Below, piece after piece: positions 32,457 to 42,897 of a stretch of 64,000 nucleotides of DNA (positions are counted from its first letter, which is position 1; each line of letters opens with the position of its first letter). Under the pieces are notes generated by a model. It saw only the letters and a program-made list of their open reading frames with translations, was not told where the DNA came from and ran no database searches. The DNA is from an uncultured Actinomycetes bacterium (GTDB lineage Bacteria > Actinomycetota > Thermoleophilia > Gaiellales > Gaiellaceae). The DNA lies in the NCBI GenBank assembly GCA_963738505.1, contig CAVTWR010000002.1, positions 20,278 through 84,277 of the forward strand, in the 5' to 3' direction. A program made the translations under genes and the position numbers.

Positions 32457-33664
32457 CAGCACACCTCGAGAACTGGCGGATCGCGTTGTGGGCGCTCCGC
32501 GCGAACTGGTTCCGCGCCATGCTGACCGCCCTCGGCGTGGTCATCGGTGTCGCCTCGCTGGTCGCCGTCACGGCTGTCAGCGCCGGTGCCCAGACGGAGG
32601 TCGCGGACAGCATCCGCCGGCTCGGCGCGAACGTCGTGCTCGTGGATGGAGAGTTCATCACGGTCGGCACCCGGCAGTCGGCGAGCGAGAGGACGATCAC
32701 TCCGGACGACGTCGCCGCGATTGCCAAGCTGCCCATGGTCACGGCCGTCGCACCCCACCAGGACCTGGAAAGCCTGAGCATCTCCGCAGGCCGTAACCAG
32801 GCGACGTCCCGCCTGTTCGGCATCACCCCCGCCTACAGCGACATCTACAACCAGTCGGCAGGGTCTGGACGCCTGATCTCGGCCTCCGACGTCTCGTTCG
32901 GGCGCAGCGTGATGGTGCTCGGTCTCGTGGCGCGGAGGAAGCTGTTTCCGGGTGAAAGCGCGATCGGCAAGACCGTCCGGGTCGGCACCCACGAGTTCGA
33001 GGTCATCGGCGTGCAGGCGCGCAAGGGCAAGTTCGGCGACGAGAACCTCGACGGCCGGATCTTCGTCCCGCTGCCGCTCGTCACGCGGGTGCTGCTCGGC
33101 GGGTCGAACACCAAGAGCGTCGGTGTCCGCATCCGTAGCGAGGTCGAGATCGAGCCGGCGATGGACGCCATCTCGGGGCTCTTGCGCCGCCAGCACCGGC
33201 TGCCCGACAGCTACGCCGACGATTTCGCGACGGAGGACCAGGCCGCGCTGGTGAAGGAGGCGCAGCGCGCGACGACCACGTTCCGGGTGCTCACGTTCGC
33301 GCTCGGCGGGATCGCGCTGCTCGTAGGTGGGATCGGGATCATGAACATGATGCTCGTCTCCATCCGTGAGCGAACGCGCGAGATCGGGATCCGCAAGTCG
33401 GTGGGAGCCAATCCCGGCAGAGTGCAGGCGCAGTTCCTGATCGAAGCGCTCGTGCTGAGCACGCTCGGCGGCACCCTCGGGCTGCTAGCCGGCATCGGAG
33501 CCACGCGGCTCACAGGATCGCTGGCAGGCTGGCAGGTCGCGATCAGCCCGTCGGCGCTTGGCTTCGCCTTCTCGGCGGCGGTCGGGGTGGGACTCTTCTT
33601 CGGCTACTACCCGGCCCGGCGCGCAGCTCGGCTGGATCCCATCACCGCGCTGCGGTACGAATAG
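32453..33664 (+). CDS. MacB/FtsX-type ABC permease
   Basis: [24 protein letters not shown] and [17 protein letters not shown] motifs. Confidence 0.93.
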   Translation: MTAHLENWRIALWALRANWFRAMLTALGVVIGVASLVAVTAVSAGAQTEVADSIRRLGANVVLVDGEFITVGTRQSASERTITPDDVAAIAKLPMVTAVAPHQDLESLSISAGRNQATSRLFGITPAYSDIYNQSAGSGRLISASDVSFGRSVMVLGLVARRKLFPGESAIGKTVRVGTHEFEVIGVQARKGKFGDENLDGRIFVPLPLVTRVLLGGSNTKSVGVRIRSEVEIEPAMDAISGLLRRQHRLPDSYADDFATEDQAALVKEAQRATTTFRVLTFALGGIALLVGGIGIMNMMLVSIRERTREIGIRKSVGANPGRVQAQFLIEALVLSTLGGTLGLLAGIGATRLTGSLAGWQVAISPSALGFAFSAAVGVGLFFGYYPARRAARLDPITALRYE

Positions 33665-33665
33665 A

Positions 33666-34139
33666 TCAGCCCGTGTTGCCGATGTCCAGGGTGAACGCCT
33701 CCCAGACGAGGTCGGCGCCGTGCTGGCGGTGCTTGACGAGCAGCCCGAGGAGCCGCTGCACGTCGTCGCGTGTCTCTCCCACGGTGTGGGTGTCGGTCGG
33801 GGGAGCGGCTTGCAGCGCGCTGCGGAGCGCCGTCACGTCGTGGCGCATCCTGACGTGCTCCTCCCGCAGTTGCCCGATCCGGTGGATCAGGCGGGGGGCG
33901 TGCTCGGCGATCTCGGAGTAGAGGCCGTCGGCGTGCTCCGTGCTCTCGATGTGCTCGACGACCTCCAGCCGCAGGTTCTCCACGGCTTCGAGCACAGCCT
34001 CGGTCCACGCCGTCTCCCGGCCCGAGGCCGGCCGGGCGGCGGCCTGCTCCAGCGCAATGATCGCCTGGTAGAGATCGGCGCGCCGCCGCGCCACGTCCTG
34101 CAGGACGGGCGTCACGGAAACGGTGTCTGGATCGGACAT
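33666..34139 (-). CDS. Hemerythrin-like domain protein
   Basis: Helical protein with HIESTE, LREEH and KHRQH motifs. Confidence 0.7.
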   Translation of the reverse strand: MSDPDTVSVTPVLQDVARRRADLYQAIIALEQAAARPASGRETAWTEAVLEAVENLRLEVVEHIESTEHADGLYSEIAEHAPRLIHRIGQLREEHVRMRHDVTALRSALQAAPPTDTHTVGETRDDVQRLLGLLVKHRQHGADLVWEAFTLDIGNTG

Positions 34140-34156
34140 CGCTCGCCTCGCTAGCA

Positions 34157-34372
34157 CTAGTCTCCGGTCTCGTACTTGAACGAGATGGCGAGACGGACGC
34201 GGTAGCTGGTGATCGCGCCCTCCTCGATCGTCACGTCCTGGCGCACGACCTCGGCCACCCGCAGGTCGCGTACCGAGGTGCCGGCGGTCTGCACGGCGTT
34301 CCTCGCAGCCGCCTCCCACGACTCGCTGCTCGTGCCGATCACCTCGGTGACCCGGTACACGCTTCCAGTCAC
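34157..34372 (-). CDS. Dodecin family protein
   Basis: VYRVTEVIGTSSESWEAAA...YRVRLAISFKYE. Confidence 0.9.
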   Translation of the reverse strand: MTGSVYRVTEVIGTSSESWEAAARNAVQTAGTSVRDLRVAEVVRQDVTIEEGAITSYRVRLAISFKYETGD

Positions 34373-34574
34373 GGCAGATCCTCCTCGCTCGGGTGGGCAG
34401 GATCCCTCAACAATGACAGACCCCGACGGGTCCTGCGGTTCACAGGCCGGCTGCGGCTAACCCGCAAGGCGCTCCGTAGTAGCGATCAGCGGCGTGCAGG
34501 AGACTCCGGAGGCAGGCCTGTCGCGCCGGTCACAAGGTGTGGGAGTCCTTCTCACCCCTCACCAGGAGACCGTC

Positions 34575-35723
34575 ATGTCAACTCACGTTCAGAACGGTGT
34601 TCGCCGTGCAGAAACTGAGTCCGGAGCACTCTTCAAGCTCGCCGCGCTGCTGCTCGGCCTGCTGGCCGGAACGTTCGCCGTGATCGCCGTCCTGGTGTGG
34701 GGCGACGCGCGCGCAGCGCGCAAGGACGCCGCGGCGGCCGTGGCCGGCGGGAACTCCCCGGTCGCTACCGTCGGCGCGCACGACCACAACGTGGCGCTGC
34801 CCTTGCAGAGCTTCGCGGGGACGGTGCCCGACAACGCGCAGGAGCTCGCTGAGGCACACCAGCCCTACGACGCCGTGTTGCCCGCATTGCAACCCGGGCC
34901 GGTGGTGAAGGTGCACATGACGTTGAAGGACCTCGCGGTGGAGATCGCACCAGGAGTCACCTACAACACCTGGGCGTTCGACGGAGTGGGGGCGCCAGGC
35001 CCGGTCGTGCACGTGCGCCAGGGGCAAATCGTGGAGATGACCCTGACCAACGGCGGCGCGATCCCGCACTCGATCGACTTCCACGCGGCCCGCATCGCGC
35101 CGAACATCGCCTTCCGCGACGTCGCGCCGGGAGAGTCGTTCACCTTCCGGTTCAAGGCGGGAGATCCCGGCGTCTTCATGTATCACTGCGGCACGAAGCC
35201 GGTGCTCGCCCACATCGCCAACGGCATGTACGGCGCCATAGTCGTCGAGCCGGCCGCGGCGCTGCCCAAGGCAGACAAGGAGTACGTTCTTGTCGCGAGC
35301 GAGTGGTACATGAACGGCGACGGGATCAAGACTCCCGCGAGCCTCGACATGGCCAAGGCCCGTCGCATGGAGCCGGACTGGACGACCTTCAACGGCTACG
35401 CGAACCAGTACGTCACGCACCCGTTGACCGCCGACCCCGGAGAGACCGTGCGCTTCTGGGTGGTGGCCGCCGGCCCGACCCTGGACACCAACTTCCACAT
35501 TGTCGGCACCATCTTCAATCGCGCCTGGGTCAACCAGGACATGACCCAGTTCCAGACCGGGGTGCAGACGGTGCTCGTCCCAGCCGGCGGGGGAGCCGTC
35601 TTCGATGTGAAGATCGACGAGGAGGGGCTGTACCCGTTCGTCAGCCACGCGTTCGCGCATGTCGATCTCGGCCAGGTCGGACTGCTGAAGATCGGCAATC
35701 CGAAGGGCAAGGGCGGCCACTGA
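34575..35723 (+). CDS. nirK: Copper-containing nitrite reductase with N-terminal membrane anchor
   Basis: PHSIDFH, YHC, HIANGM, FHIVG and VSHAF: type 1 and type 2 Cu ligands plus catalytic Asp/His are all present; RBS AGGAG. Confidence 0.8.
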   Translation: MSTHVQNGVRRAETESGALFKLAALLLGLLAGTFAVIAVLVWGDARAARKDAAAAVAGGNSPVATVGAHDHNVALPLQSFAGTVPDNAQELAEAHQPYDAVLPALQPGPVVKVHMTLKDLAVEIAPGVTYNTWAFDGVGAPGPVVHVRQGQIVEMTLTNGGAIPHSIDFHAARIAPNIAFRDVAPGESFTFRFKAGDPGVFMYHCGTKPVLAHIANGMYGAIVVEPAAALPKADKEYVLVASEWYMNGDGIKTPASLDMAKARRMEPDWTTFNGYANQYVTHPLTADPGETVRFWVVAAGPTLDTNFHIVGTIFNRAWVNQDMTQFQTGVQTVLVPAGGGAVFDVKIDEEGLYPFVSHAFAHVDLGQVGLLKIGNPKGKGGH

Positions 35724-35754
35724 GGGGTGAGCTCCGCCCTCCTGCCCGGCGTGA

Positions 35755-35776
35755 GCGGCCCCCGCGAGGGGGCCGC
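35755..35776 (+). terminator. Hairpin after nirK
   Basis: GCGGCCCCC-GCGA-GGGGGCCGC perfect 9-bp stem with a GNRA loop. Confidence 0.5.
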
Positions 35777-35780
35777 ACGT

Positions 35781-35995
35781 CTTGCGGGGCCTTGAAAGGG
35801 CCCCGCTCTGCCTCGGGCAGCGATCTGCCGAGCAGCGAGTTCCACAGCGCAGCGAGCGATCCCCGGCGGAGTGGGTTTGCTTCAGTTGCGAGGCCCTGAA
35901 GGGCCCCGCTCCAACCACCGACTTCATCCTCCCGCGGATGGCCGGCACTGCCATCGCCAACTCACAAGAGGTTCGCCCCGGCACTCGTATCCGGA
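35781..35995. repeat. Cluster of REP-like hairpin copies
   Basis: Copies at 35781-35806 and 35885-35909, plus an arm CTCACAAG...CCCGGCACTCG..TCCGGA at 35961-35995 matching 24242-24276. Confidence 0.85.
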
Positions 35996-36023
35996 ACAAG
36001 TCAGCCCTGAGTCGAGCCGGGCC

Positions 36024-36551
36024 CTACAGCCGTTTGTAGAACAGCGTCGTCGGTCCGAGGCCGCCGTACGGTTGTACGGAGAAGTCCGGGATCTCGCCGA
36101 CTCGCACCCAGCCCCTCCGGGCGTACAGCCGCTCGGCGTCGCTGCCGGTGTTCGTGTCGAGGACGAGCAGGGTGCGTCCGCACTCGCGCGCCAGCTGCTC
36201 GGCGGACGCCAGCAGCGCCGCACCGAGGCCGCGGCGGCGAGCGCGGCGGTGCACGAGCATCTTCGAGAGGTCGGCCCTATGCGGCTGGTTCTGAGGCATG
36301 TCGAGCACGAGCTGCACGGTGCCGACGATGCCCGTCTCGTCCTCGGCCACCAGGAGCGCGCGCCTCCCGGCGGCCACGTCCTCGGCCACGCCTCGCCAGA
36401 ACGCCTGCGCTTCGGCCGGCTCCAGCGGGTGCAGGAAGCTGACTCCGGCACCGCCGGCGATGCAATCGATCAGCACGTCGGTGAGCCCCTCGATCTGAGC
36501 CTGCTCGAGGGCATGCAGGCGCCGGATCCCGGGCGGGATCGACTCCGTCAT
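36024..36551 (-). CDS. GNAT acetyltransferase
   Basis: [23 protein letters not shown] and LVLDT motifs. Confidence 0.9.
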   Translation of the reverse strand: MTESIPPGIRRLHALEQAQIEGLTDVLIDCIAGGAGVSFLHPLEPAEAQAFWRGVAEDVAAGRRALLVAEDETGIVGTVQLVLDMPQNQPHRADLSKMLVHRRARRRGLGAALLASAEQLARECGRTLLVLDTNTGSDAERLYARRGWVRVGEIPDFSVQPYGGLGPTTLFYKRL

Positions 36552-36655
36552 CTCAGCTCCCGGGTTCGACCGACATTTGCTGCCTCGATCGTGCCACGGC
36601 GCCGCCGGATGCGCGAGCTGAGCGGCCCGCGGAACGGCCCAGCTACCCTCGAACG

Positions 36656-38233
36656 ATGTCGGGCGTCGAGGATCACAGGTCACGGGAGCCCTCGTGGTCG
36701 ACGAACAGAGCGGCCGAGCGCGCTGCCCGCTTGCGGGCTCTGACGGCCGAGTTGGAAGCGATCGTCGGCGATCCGCGGCAGCTCGAGGCGCTCACGATCG
36801 ATGAGCGGACGCGGCTCTTCACCGCCGCGGGCGACGTCTTCAACCCGGATGCGGCCCAGCGCCGCCGCGCGCGCAAGCGGGCCAAACGTCAGGAGAAGGC
36901 CGAGCGGCGGGTGCAGGACGAGGCGATGCTCGCCGAGACGGGGATCCGTGTTCTGCGCGAGCGGCCGGTGTTCACGACGCCGAACATCGTTTCCCCGTCC
37001 GGGTTCGAGCAGGTCGAGATCGAGGGGGACCCGGAGTTCCGCGAGGCCGTCGAGCCGCAGTTCTGCTACGTGTGCAAGCAGCGCTACGCGGAGATCCACC
37101 CGTTCTACGACCAGCTCTGCCCGGCCTGCGCCGCCCTCAACCTGGCCAAGCGGACCGAGACGGCCGACCTCTCGGGGCGTGTGGCGTTGCTCACCGGGGG
37201 CCGCGTGAAGATCGGCTATCAGGCCGGCATCAAGCTACTTCGGGCCGGTGCGCGCCTCGTCGTGACCACCCGGTTCCCGCGCGACGCAGCCGCTCGCTAT
37301 GCGCAGGAGGCGGATTTCGCGGAGTGGGGGGAGAGACTGGAGATCTACGGGCTCGACCTGCGGCACACCCCGAGCGTGGAGGCGTTCTGCCACCACCTGC
37401 CGGAGACCACCGACCGGCTCGACTTCATCGTCAACAACGCCTGCCAGACGGTGCGCCGTCCACCCGACTTCTACAGGCATATGCTCGAGGCCGAGACGGC
37501 AGCGGAGGCGACGCTCCCCGATCACGTGCGCGCCTTGCTCGGCGGCTATGAGGGATTGCGCCGCCACGACATGCTCCCGGACGGCGAGGCGGCGCTTGCT
37601 CCCGCGACGGTACGGGAGCTGGTCGGCGTGACCCGCGCCGCGGAGCTCTCGCAACTGCCGCTGCTACCCGAGGACGAGCACGGGCAGCGCGACCTCTTCC
37701 CGGAGGGCCGGCTCGACCAGGATCTGCAACAGGTCGACCTGCGCGAGCGGAACTCGTGGCGGCTCTTGCTGGCCGAGGTCTCGACCGTCGAGTTGCTGGA
37801 GACGCAGCTCGTGAACGCAGTGGCGCCCTTCGTGCTCAACGCGCGCCTGAAACCCCTCATGTTGCGGTCGCCCGAGCGCGACAAGCACGTCGTCAATGTC
37901 TCCGCCGTGGAAGGGCAGTTCTACCGCAAGTACAAGACCACCCGGCACCCGCACACGAACATGGCCAAGGCGGCGTTGAACATGATGACGCGAACGTCCG
38001 CCGCCGACTACCACGCCGACGGCATCCATATGAACAGCGTGGACACCGGATGGGTGACCGACGAGGATCCGGCCCACATTGCCGAGCGCAAGGCTGTCGA
38101 GCACCGCTTCTCGCCGCCGCTGGACATCGTCGACGGCGCCGCCCGCATCGTCGACCCCATCATCAACGGCTTCAACACAGGCACTCACGTGTGGGGCCAG
38201 TTCCTCAAGGACTACCGCCCGATCGACTGGTAG
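36656..38233 (+). CDS. Extended SDR oxidoreductase with an N-terminal Cys4 finger
   Basis: CYVCK...[19 protein letters not shown] and [11 protein letters not shown] motifs. Confidence 0.88.
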   Translation: MSGVEDHRSREPSWSTNRAAERAARLRALTAELEAIVGDPRQLEALTIDERTRLFTAAGDVFNPDAAQRRRARKRAKRQEKAERRVQDEAMLAETGIRVLRERPVFTTPNIVSPSGFEQVEIEGDPEFREAVEPQFCYVCKQRYAEIHPFYDQLCPACAALNLAKRTETADLSGRVALLTGGRVKIGYQAGIKLLRAGARLVVTTRFPRDAAARYAQEADFAEWGERLEIYGLDLRHTPSVEAFCHHLPETTDRLDFIVNNACQTVRRPPDFYRHMLEAETAAEATLPDHVRALLGGYEGLRRHDMLPDGEAALAPATVRELVGVTRAAELSQLPLLPEDEHGQRDLFPEGRLDQDLQQVDLRERNSWRLLLAEVSTVELLETQLVNAVAPFVLNARLKPLMLRSPERDKHVVNVSAVEGQFYRKYKTTRHPHTNMAKAALNMMTRTSAADYHADGIHMNSVDTGWVTDEDPAHIAERKAVEHRFSPPLDIVDGAARIVDPIINGFNTGTHVWGQFLKDYRPIDW

Positions 38234-38428
38234 GGCAGCTGGGACATTGGTGTCCGCGAACAGTGGGGTCAGGTTCCCACGTCTGGTTGGTCAGAAGGGC
38301 AACGACCTCGAAGGACCGCCGCGAGCCTTTGACGATTTCGCTCGCGACCACGTGGGTGCATTCTCCGGCTGACCGATACCCCAGGTCGCATTCCAGCCGT
38401 TCGAACTGCAGGCGGGTGTTCTCCCTGG

Positions 38429-38475
38429 GCTCGTGCGGCACCCACAGCACCAAGGAAAGTTCCAGGCCAAGCGTT
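38429..38475. repeat. 47-bp dispersed repeat, copy 1
   Basis: 43/47 identical to 42844-42890. Confidence 0.9.
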
Positions 38476-38499
38476 GAGGGATGCCGCGCCAGTGGACTG

Positions 38500-39633
38500 T
38501 CAGTGCCCAAACCAGCGTGCTCGTCGGCTGGAGCCGAAGAGCACCTTCTCCGCAACGAGCTCGCGCGACGGTTCCTGGTACACGCCGGTCGGTTTCGGGC
38601 CCGAGAGGAAGTCGACGTCGACCCGGCCGACGCGGCCGTCGCCGAATTCGATGTAGCAGGAGCCGCGCCCCTCGTACCCCTCGGCCTGGGCGGCTCCATG
38701 CTCGGCTGCCATCAGCTGGCGGGCCACTGCGCGTGCCGCACCCTCGGCGAACACGCCGGCCTTCGGCACGCCGACAGTGGCGACGTCGCCGACGGCGAAG
38801 ACGCCGGGGTAGCGTGTCTCGAGCGTCCGCGAATCGACCGGGATGTAGCCGTTCTCGGTCATCCCGCTCGCGATCACGACGTCGGGGGCGCGGTGTACGG
38901 GCACGCCGAGGAAGAGGTCGAACGGTAACTCGCTCTCGTCGTCCAAGACGGCTACCTTGCGCGCGGCGTCGATCGAGCTGACGCGGCGGCTCGGGACGAA
39001 CTCGATGCTTCGCTCAGCGAAGGCCTCGACCAGCGCGCGCGACGTGTCGGGCGACGGCGGCACGGGGCTGCCGAACGGGATCACGATCTTCACGTCGCAG
39101 GCGTCGCGGATGCCCCGTTCGGCGAGGTGGTCGTGCAGCAACAGTGCGCACTCACTCGGCGCGGGCGGGCACTTGAACGGCGCGCCGCAGACCCCGATCA
39201 CGACGCGGCCGCCCGAAAACGCCGGCAGCACGTCGCGCAACTCGGTCGCGCCTGCGACCGAGTAGAACTCGTTGCCGCCCTCGGCGAGCCCGGGGGTTGC
39301 GTCCATGTCGTAGTCGGCGCCGAGCGCGATGACGAGGACATCGGCCTCGTGCTCGCCGGCGTGCGTTGTGACGCGCCGCGCCTGGGGATCGATTGCGGTG
39401 ACCGTCTCCTGCAGGACACGCACGCCGACCTTCGCGATATCGCGGTACGGCAGACGAACGGCCTCGGGTGTCGTGCGCCCGAACATCACGTCGAGCTTCG
39501 AATAGCCGAAGACGAACGCGTCGTTCTTGTCGATCAGCGTGACCTCGGCTCCGTCGCCGAGCGTCTCGGACAGCGTCGTCGCCAGCTCGAGCCCGCCGAA
39601 CCCCGCGCCGAGGATGAGAATGCGCCGGCTCAC
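38500..39633 (-). CDS. FAD-dependent oxidoreductase, sulfide:quinone oxidoreductase-like
   Basis: GAGFGG, KCPPAPSE, FAVGD, PKAG and CYIEFG motifs. Confidence 0.85.
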   Translation of the reverse strand: MSRRILILGAGFGGLELATTLSETLGDGAEVTLIDKNDAFVFGYSKLDVMFGRTTPEAVRLPYRDIAKVGVRVLQETVTAIDPQARRVTTHAGEHEADVLVIALGADYDMDATPGLAEGGNEFYSVAGATELRDVLPAFSGGRVVIGVCGAPFKCPPAPSECALLLHDHLAERGIRDACDVKIVIPFGSPVPPSPDTSRALVEAFAERSIEFVPSRRVSSIDAARKVAVLDDESELPFDLFLGVPVHRAPDVVIASGMTENGYIPVDSRTLETRYPGVFAVGDVATVGVPKAGVFAEGAARAVARQLMAAEHGAAQAEGYEGRGSCYIEFGDGRVGRVDVDFLSGPKPTGVYQEPSRELVAEKVLFGSSRRARWFGH

Positions 39634-39798
39634 GGATCTGCAGTCTAGAACCTTGCGGGAGGCGACCGCGATCACATCGAGCAGTGGCCTGCCCGCGTCG
39701 AGGCGATGCGGGCGCGCGTCTCCGGTAATGCGTGAGGCCAGACGCGCCGTGCGGGCGGAGTCCGCACATGGGAACCCACGCGTCCGGGCAAGCACCCA

Positions 39799-39818
39799 AA
39801 TACTAAACGTGTAGTATT
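39799..39818. promoter_or_regulatory. Probable PadR autoregulatory operator overlapping the -10 box
   Basis: AT-rich palindrome AATACTA-N6-TAGTATT, 7 nt upstream of the padR ATG. Confidence 0.65.
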
Positions 39819-39825
39819 GGTCTCC

Positions 39826-40338
39826 ATGACCCGCCTCCTCGTGCTCTGGCTCCTCTCGGAACGGCCCCTGTACGGGTACGAGATCACGCGGAGTCTCTCC
39901 GACTCGGGGATGCGGTTCTGGTTTCCGGTGGAGGAGGCCTCGATCTACTCGGTGCTACGGACGCTCGAGCGGAACGGATACGCCGTCGAGCACATGGAGG
40001 GGGCGGACACGGGTCGGCCGCGGCGGCGCTACTCGCTCACCGCGGCCGGGCGCGCCTACTACCGCGAGCTGCTGCGCGCCGCGCTCGCCGAACCGTTGCC
40101 GGTCGCCGCACCGGTGGAGATCGCGCTCGCCGCGTCGGGTGACCTCGACGAGCGCGAGGTGGAGGAGTTGCTCGAGCGGCGGGCCGGTACGCTCCGCGAC
40201 CAGCTCGAGCTGATCGCCCAGCACGCCCGTAGCGCTCCGGACGGCGAGATCGTGCGCCGCCGCCGGGCGCTCGTCGCGGCGGAGCTGGACTGGCACGAAC
40301 AACGACAACAACCCCAGCAAGGGGAGGAGACCCGATGA
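39826..40338 (+). CDS. PadR-family regulator
   Basis: YGYEI, SIYSVLRTLE and RRRYSLTAAG motifs. Confidence 0.9.
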   Translation: MTRLLVLWLLSERPLYGYEITRSLSDSGMRFWFPVEEASIYSVLRTLERNGYAVEHMEGADTGRPRRRYSLTAAGRAYYRELLRAALAEPLPVAAPVEIALAASGDLDEREVEELLERRAGTLRDQLELIAQHARSAPDGEIVRRRRALVAAELDWHEQRQQPQQGEETR

Positions 40339-40757
40339 CCGACCGGCCCGAGATTCAACTGCTTGCGAACATCGTCGCCCACGACGGGGCGGGGCGCGTG
40401 CTCCTCGCCCGCTACGGCGCGGCCGCCGAGGTCGAGACCGATGACGCCGACGCGCGCTGGTTCCTTCCCGCCGGCGAGCTCGACCCGTACGACCATCCCG
40501 ACGACGTCGCGCGAGCGACGCTCGACGACCTCGCCGGCCTCACCGTCCACACGCTCGAGCTGGCCGGCGTGCAGTCCTTCCGCGGCCGCCGCGGCTGGCA
40601 CATCTCGTTCGACTACCTCGCGCGGGTCAGCGGCGATCCGGACGCGGATGGGCCTGTGCCCGCGGCCTGGTTCGGGCGGCAGGCGCTGCCGCGCACGGCG
40701 CATGGGAATTGGGAGCCGGAGACGGTGGAGCGGGTGCTTGAGGGAGCGGCCGCCTGA
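40335..40757 (+). CDS. NUDIX-like protein (degenerate Nudix box)
   Basis: GRVLL...WFLPAGEL...PDDVA; translationally coupled to padR. Confidence 0.65.
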   Translation: MTDRPEIQLLANIVAHDGAGRVLLARYGAAAEVETDDADARWFLPAGELDPYDHPDDVARATLDDLAGLTVHTLELAGVQSFRGRRGWHISFDYLARVSGDPDADGPVPAAWFGRQALPRTAHGNWEPETVERVLEGAAA

Positions 40758-40782
40758 CAGATCTTCGTACTGCGCGCCTCAT

Positions 40783-41892
40783 CTATCTCCCCGGGGCGGT
40801 GTCCACGACGGGCGCGCCGAGCGCGTCCTCGTCCACCTCGATCCCCAGACCCGGTCCGGCCGGCGGGGGTTGTGTGCCGTCCAGGCTGGGCGGCAGGCCG
40901 GCGCCGTGGTCGAGGGTGACCCAGCGATGGAAGTCGACCATGTGGGCGCGGTGGCCCTCCGGGGTGCCGAGGCCGAGGTGCACGAAAGCGGCGGTGGCGA
41001 GGCTGGCGCCGCCGGCGTCCTCGATGGTGACGTCGAGCCCGAGCTCGACGGCAACGTCGCGGAAGAGACGAGCGCGGGAGACGCCGCCGATCCGCTGCAG
41101 CTTCAGCGTGACGCCGTCGGCGACGCGCTCGCGGGCCGCGCTCAGGAGGTGCCCGAGAGTGACGATCGACTCGTCGAGCACGAGCGGTCGATCGCAGCTC
41201 GTGCGCAGCGCTGCGCATTCGTCGTAGGTGCGGCACGGCTGCTCGAGGACGTACTCGAGCTCGCGCGTCGCGCGTAGGAAGCGGCGTGCGTCGGAGGTGG
41301 TGAAGGCCCCATTCGCATCGGCGTAGAGGACGACCTCGCGTCCGACCACGTCCCGCACCGCGGCCAGGCGCTCGGCATCGGCGTGGGGATCGGTGCCGAC
41401 CTTCACCTGGATGCGCCGATAACCGTCTGCGAGCAGCTCGCGCGCGAGCACGACGGCTTCGTCGAGCGGTGACACGATCACCACGTGGTAGAGCGCGACC
41501 GTGTCGCCATACCGTGCTCCCAGCTCGTGCCAGAGGGGTCGCCCGGCCGCCTTCGCCTTCGCATCCCAGCACGCCATGTCGATCGCCGACTTCACGTACG
41601 GGTGGCCGCGCAGGTTCGCGTCGAGCAGGGCGAGCACCGTGCCCGGTTGGGTCGGGTCGGCGCCGACGAGAAGCGCAGCCAGATCGTTGACACCGGCGCG
41701 GGCGCCCGCCGCGAACGCCTCCGCGTACACGGAGTTGATGACGCTGGTCTCGCCGTACCCCGTGACGCCGTCGTCGGTGTCGAGGCGGACGACCAGCGAG
41801 TCGAAGCCGGCGGAGGCGCTCGAGCCCATGCGGTAGCCGCCGCGCCGGAAAGGGTGGAGCATGCGGTAGGCGCGAACGCGTGTGACTCTCAC
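40783..41892 (-). CDS. Mandelate racemase/muconate lactonizing enzyme family protein
   Basis: GYGE, SAIDMACWD, QVKVG, ADANG, EQP and LDES motifs. Confidence 0.88.
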   Translation of the reverse strand: MRVTRVRAYRMLHPFRRGGYRMGSSASAGFDSLVVRLDTDDGVTGYGETSVINSVYAEAFAAGARAGVNDLAALLVGADPTQPGTVLALLDANLRGHPYVKSAIDMACWDAKAKAAGRPLWHELGARYGDTVALYHVVIVSPLDEAVVLARELLADGYRRIQVKVGTDPHADAERLAAVRDVVGREVVLYADANGAFTTSDARRFLRATRELEYVLEQPCRTYDECAALRTSCDRPLVLDESIVTLGHLLSAARERVADGVTLKLQRIGGVSRARLFRDVAVELGLDVTIEDAGGASLATAAFVHLGLGTPEGHRAHMVDFHRWVTLDHGAGLPPSLDGTQPPPAGPGLGIEVDEDALGAPVVDTAPGR

Positions 41893-42132
41893 CCGGCGGA
41901 GGATATTGACTCTCGGGCCGAAGCACTCCTTCACGGCGCGACGCTCCTGGTGTGACGCCCGAGGCAGGCGATCAGCGACCTTGTCTTCGCCCGCCTCGCA
42001 GCGCTGGGCGCCGACGAGCTACGGACGCGCGACTGATCCGCATCACTCGTTCGAGTTCATCGAACGCCGCGCAAACGCCGATTCCGGGTGAGACGTCCCC
42101 CTTGTCTCCCCCTTGTCGAAAGGTGTGTTGCC

Positions 42133-42747
42133 GTGAAGACCTACCTCCGCCGCCCGCTGGCGCTCGCCTCCGCAGCGACTTGTGTCCTCGCCTTCGCCGC
42201 CGGCCTCGCCTGGGCCGCGATCCCGAACGGGAACGTGATCGACGCCTGCTTCGACACGAGCACAGGCGCGCTCCGCGCCGTCGGCGTCTCCACCGACTGC
42301 GCGGCGGGCACCGAGGCGGCGGTGGCGCTCGGCGGGCCGACTCGCGGCTACTCCGCCTCCCGCCCGGCGGAGATCATGCTCGCCGCGACGAGTACCCCGG
42401 TCGCCACGCTCGTGCTCCCCGAGGGCTCCTACCAGCTGCACGGCAAGGTCAACGTGGCCAACCTCAACTTCCGGGCGATCGGTACCACCTTCGTGCCCTG
42501 CTCCCTCCTCGTCGAGACCACCGCCCTCGACCAGTCCTGGGTACAGCTGATGCAGGCCGTGACGGGAACAGGGGCGAACACGACAACCATCGCCCTGCAG
42601 GCCCCGCTGACCGTCCCCGCCGGGGGCAAGGCCACCGTGAACCTCGCGTGCGCCTCGATCCCGCGACCGGGCGGCCCGGCCACGAACGTCTTCGCGCGCT
42701 ACCGGCAGCTCTCCGCCGTGCAGGTGGACGCACTCCAGCTCCAGTAG
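42133..42747 (+). CDS. Secreted hypothetical protein
   Basis: Signal peptide ending AWA followed by AIPNGNVIDAC; RBS AAAGG. Confidence 0.75.
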   Translation: MKTYLRRPLALASAATCVLAFAAGLAWAAIPNGNVIDACFDTSTGALRAVGVSTDCAAGTEAAVALGGPTRGYSASRPAEIMLAATSTPVATLVLPEGSYQLHGKVNVANLNFRAIGTTFVPCSLLVETTALDQSWVQLMQAVTGTGANTTTIALQAPLTVPAGGKATVNLACASIPRPGGPATNVFARYRQLSAVQVDALQLQ

Positions 42748-42843
42748 CGTTCGGCGGCTCGCACCGGGTGGATGGTCTTCCCGGACCACGGCCTGCTCGT
42801 CGGTAGACGGGCCTACTCGCCAAGGTGCGCCGCCCGCCGGAAC

Positions 42844-42890
42844 GCTCGTGCGGCACCCACAACACCAAGGAGAGTTCCAGGTCAAACGTT
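42844..42890. repeat. 47-bp dispersed repeat, copy 2
   Basis: 43/47 identical to 38429-38475. Confidence 0.9.
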
Positions 42891-42897
42891 TGCCGCA

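Noticed and set aside
34400-34570. Riboswitch upstream of nirK
   Set aside because: Only short stems (GACTCC/GGAGTC) and a CTGCGG direct repeat; no recognisable aptamer consensus.
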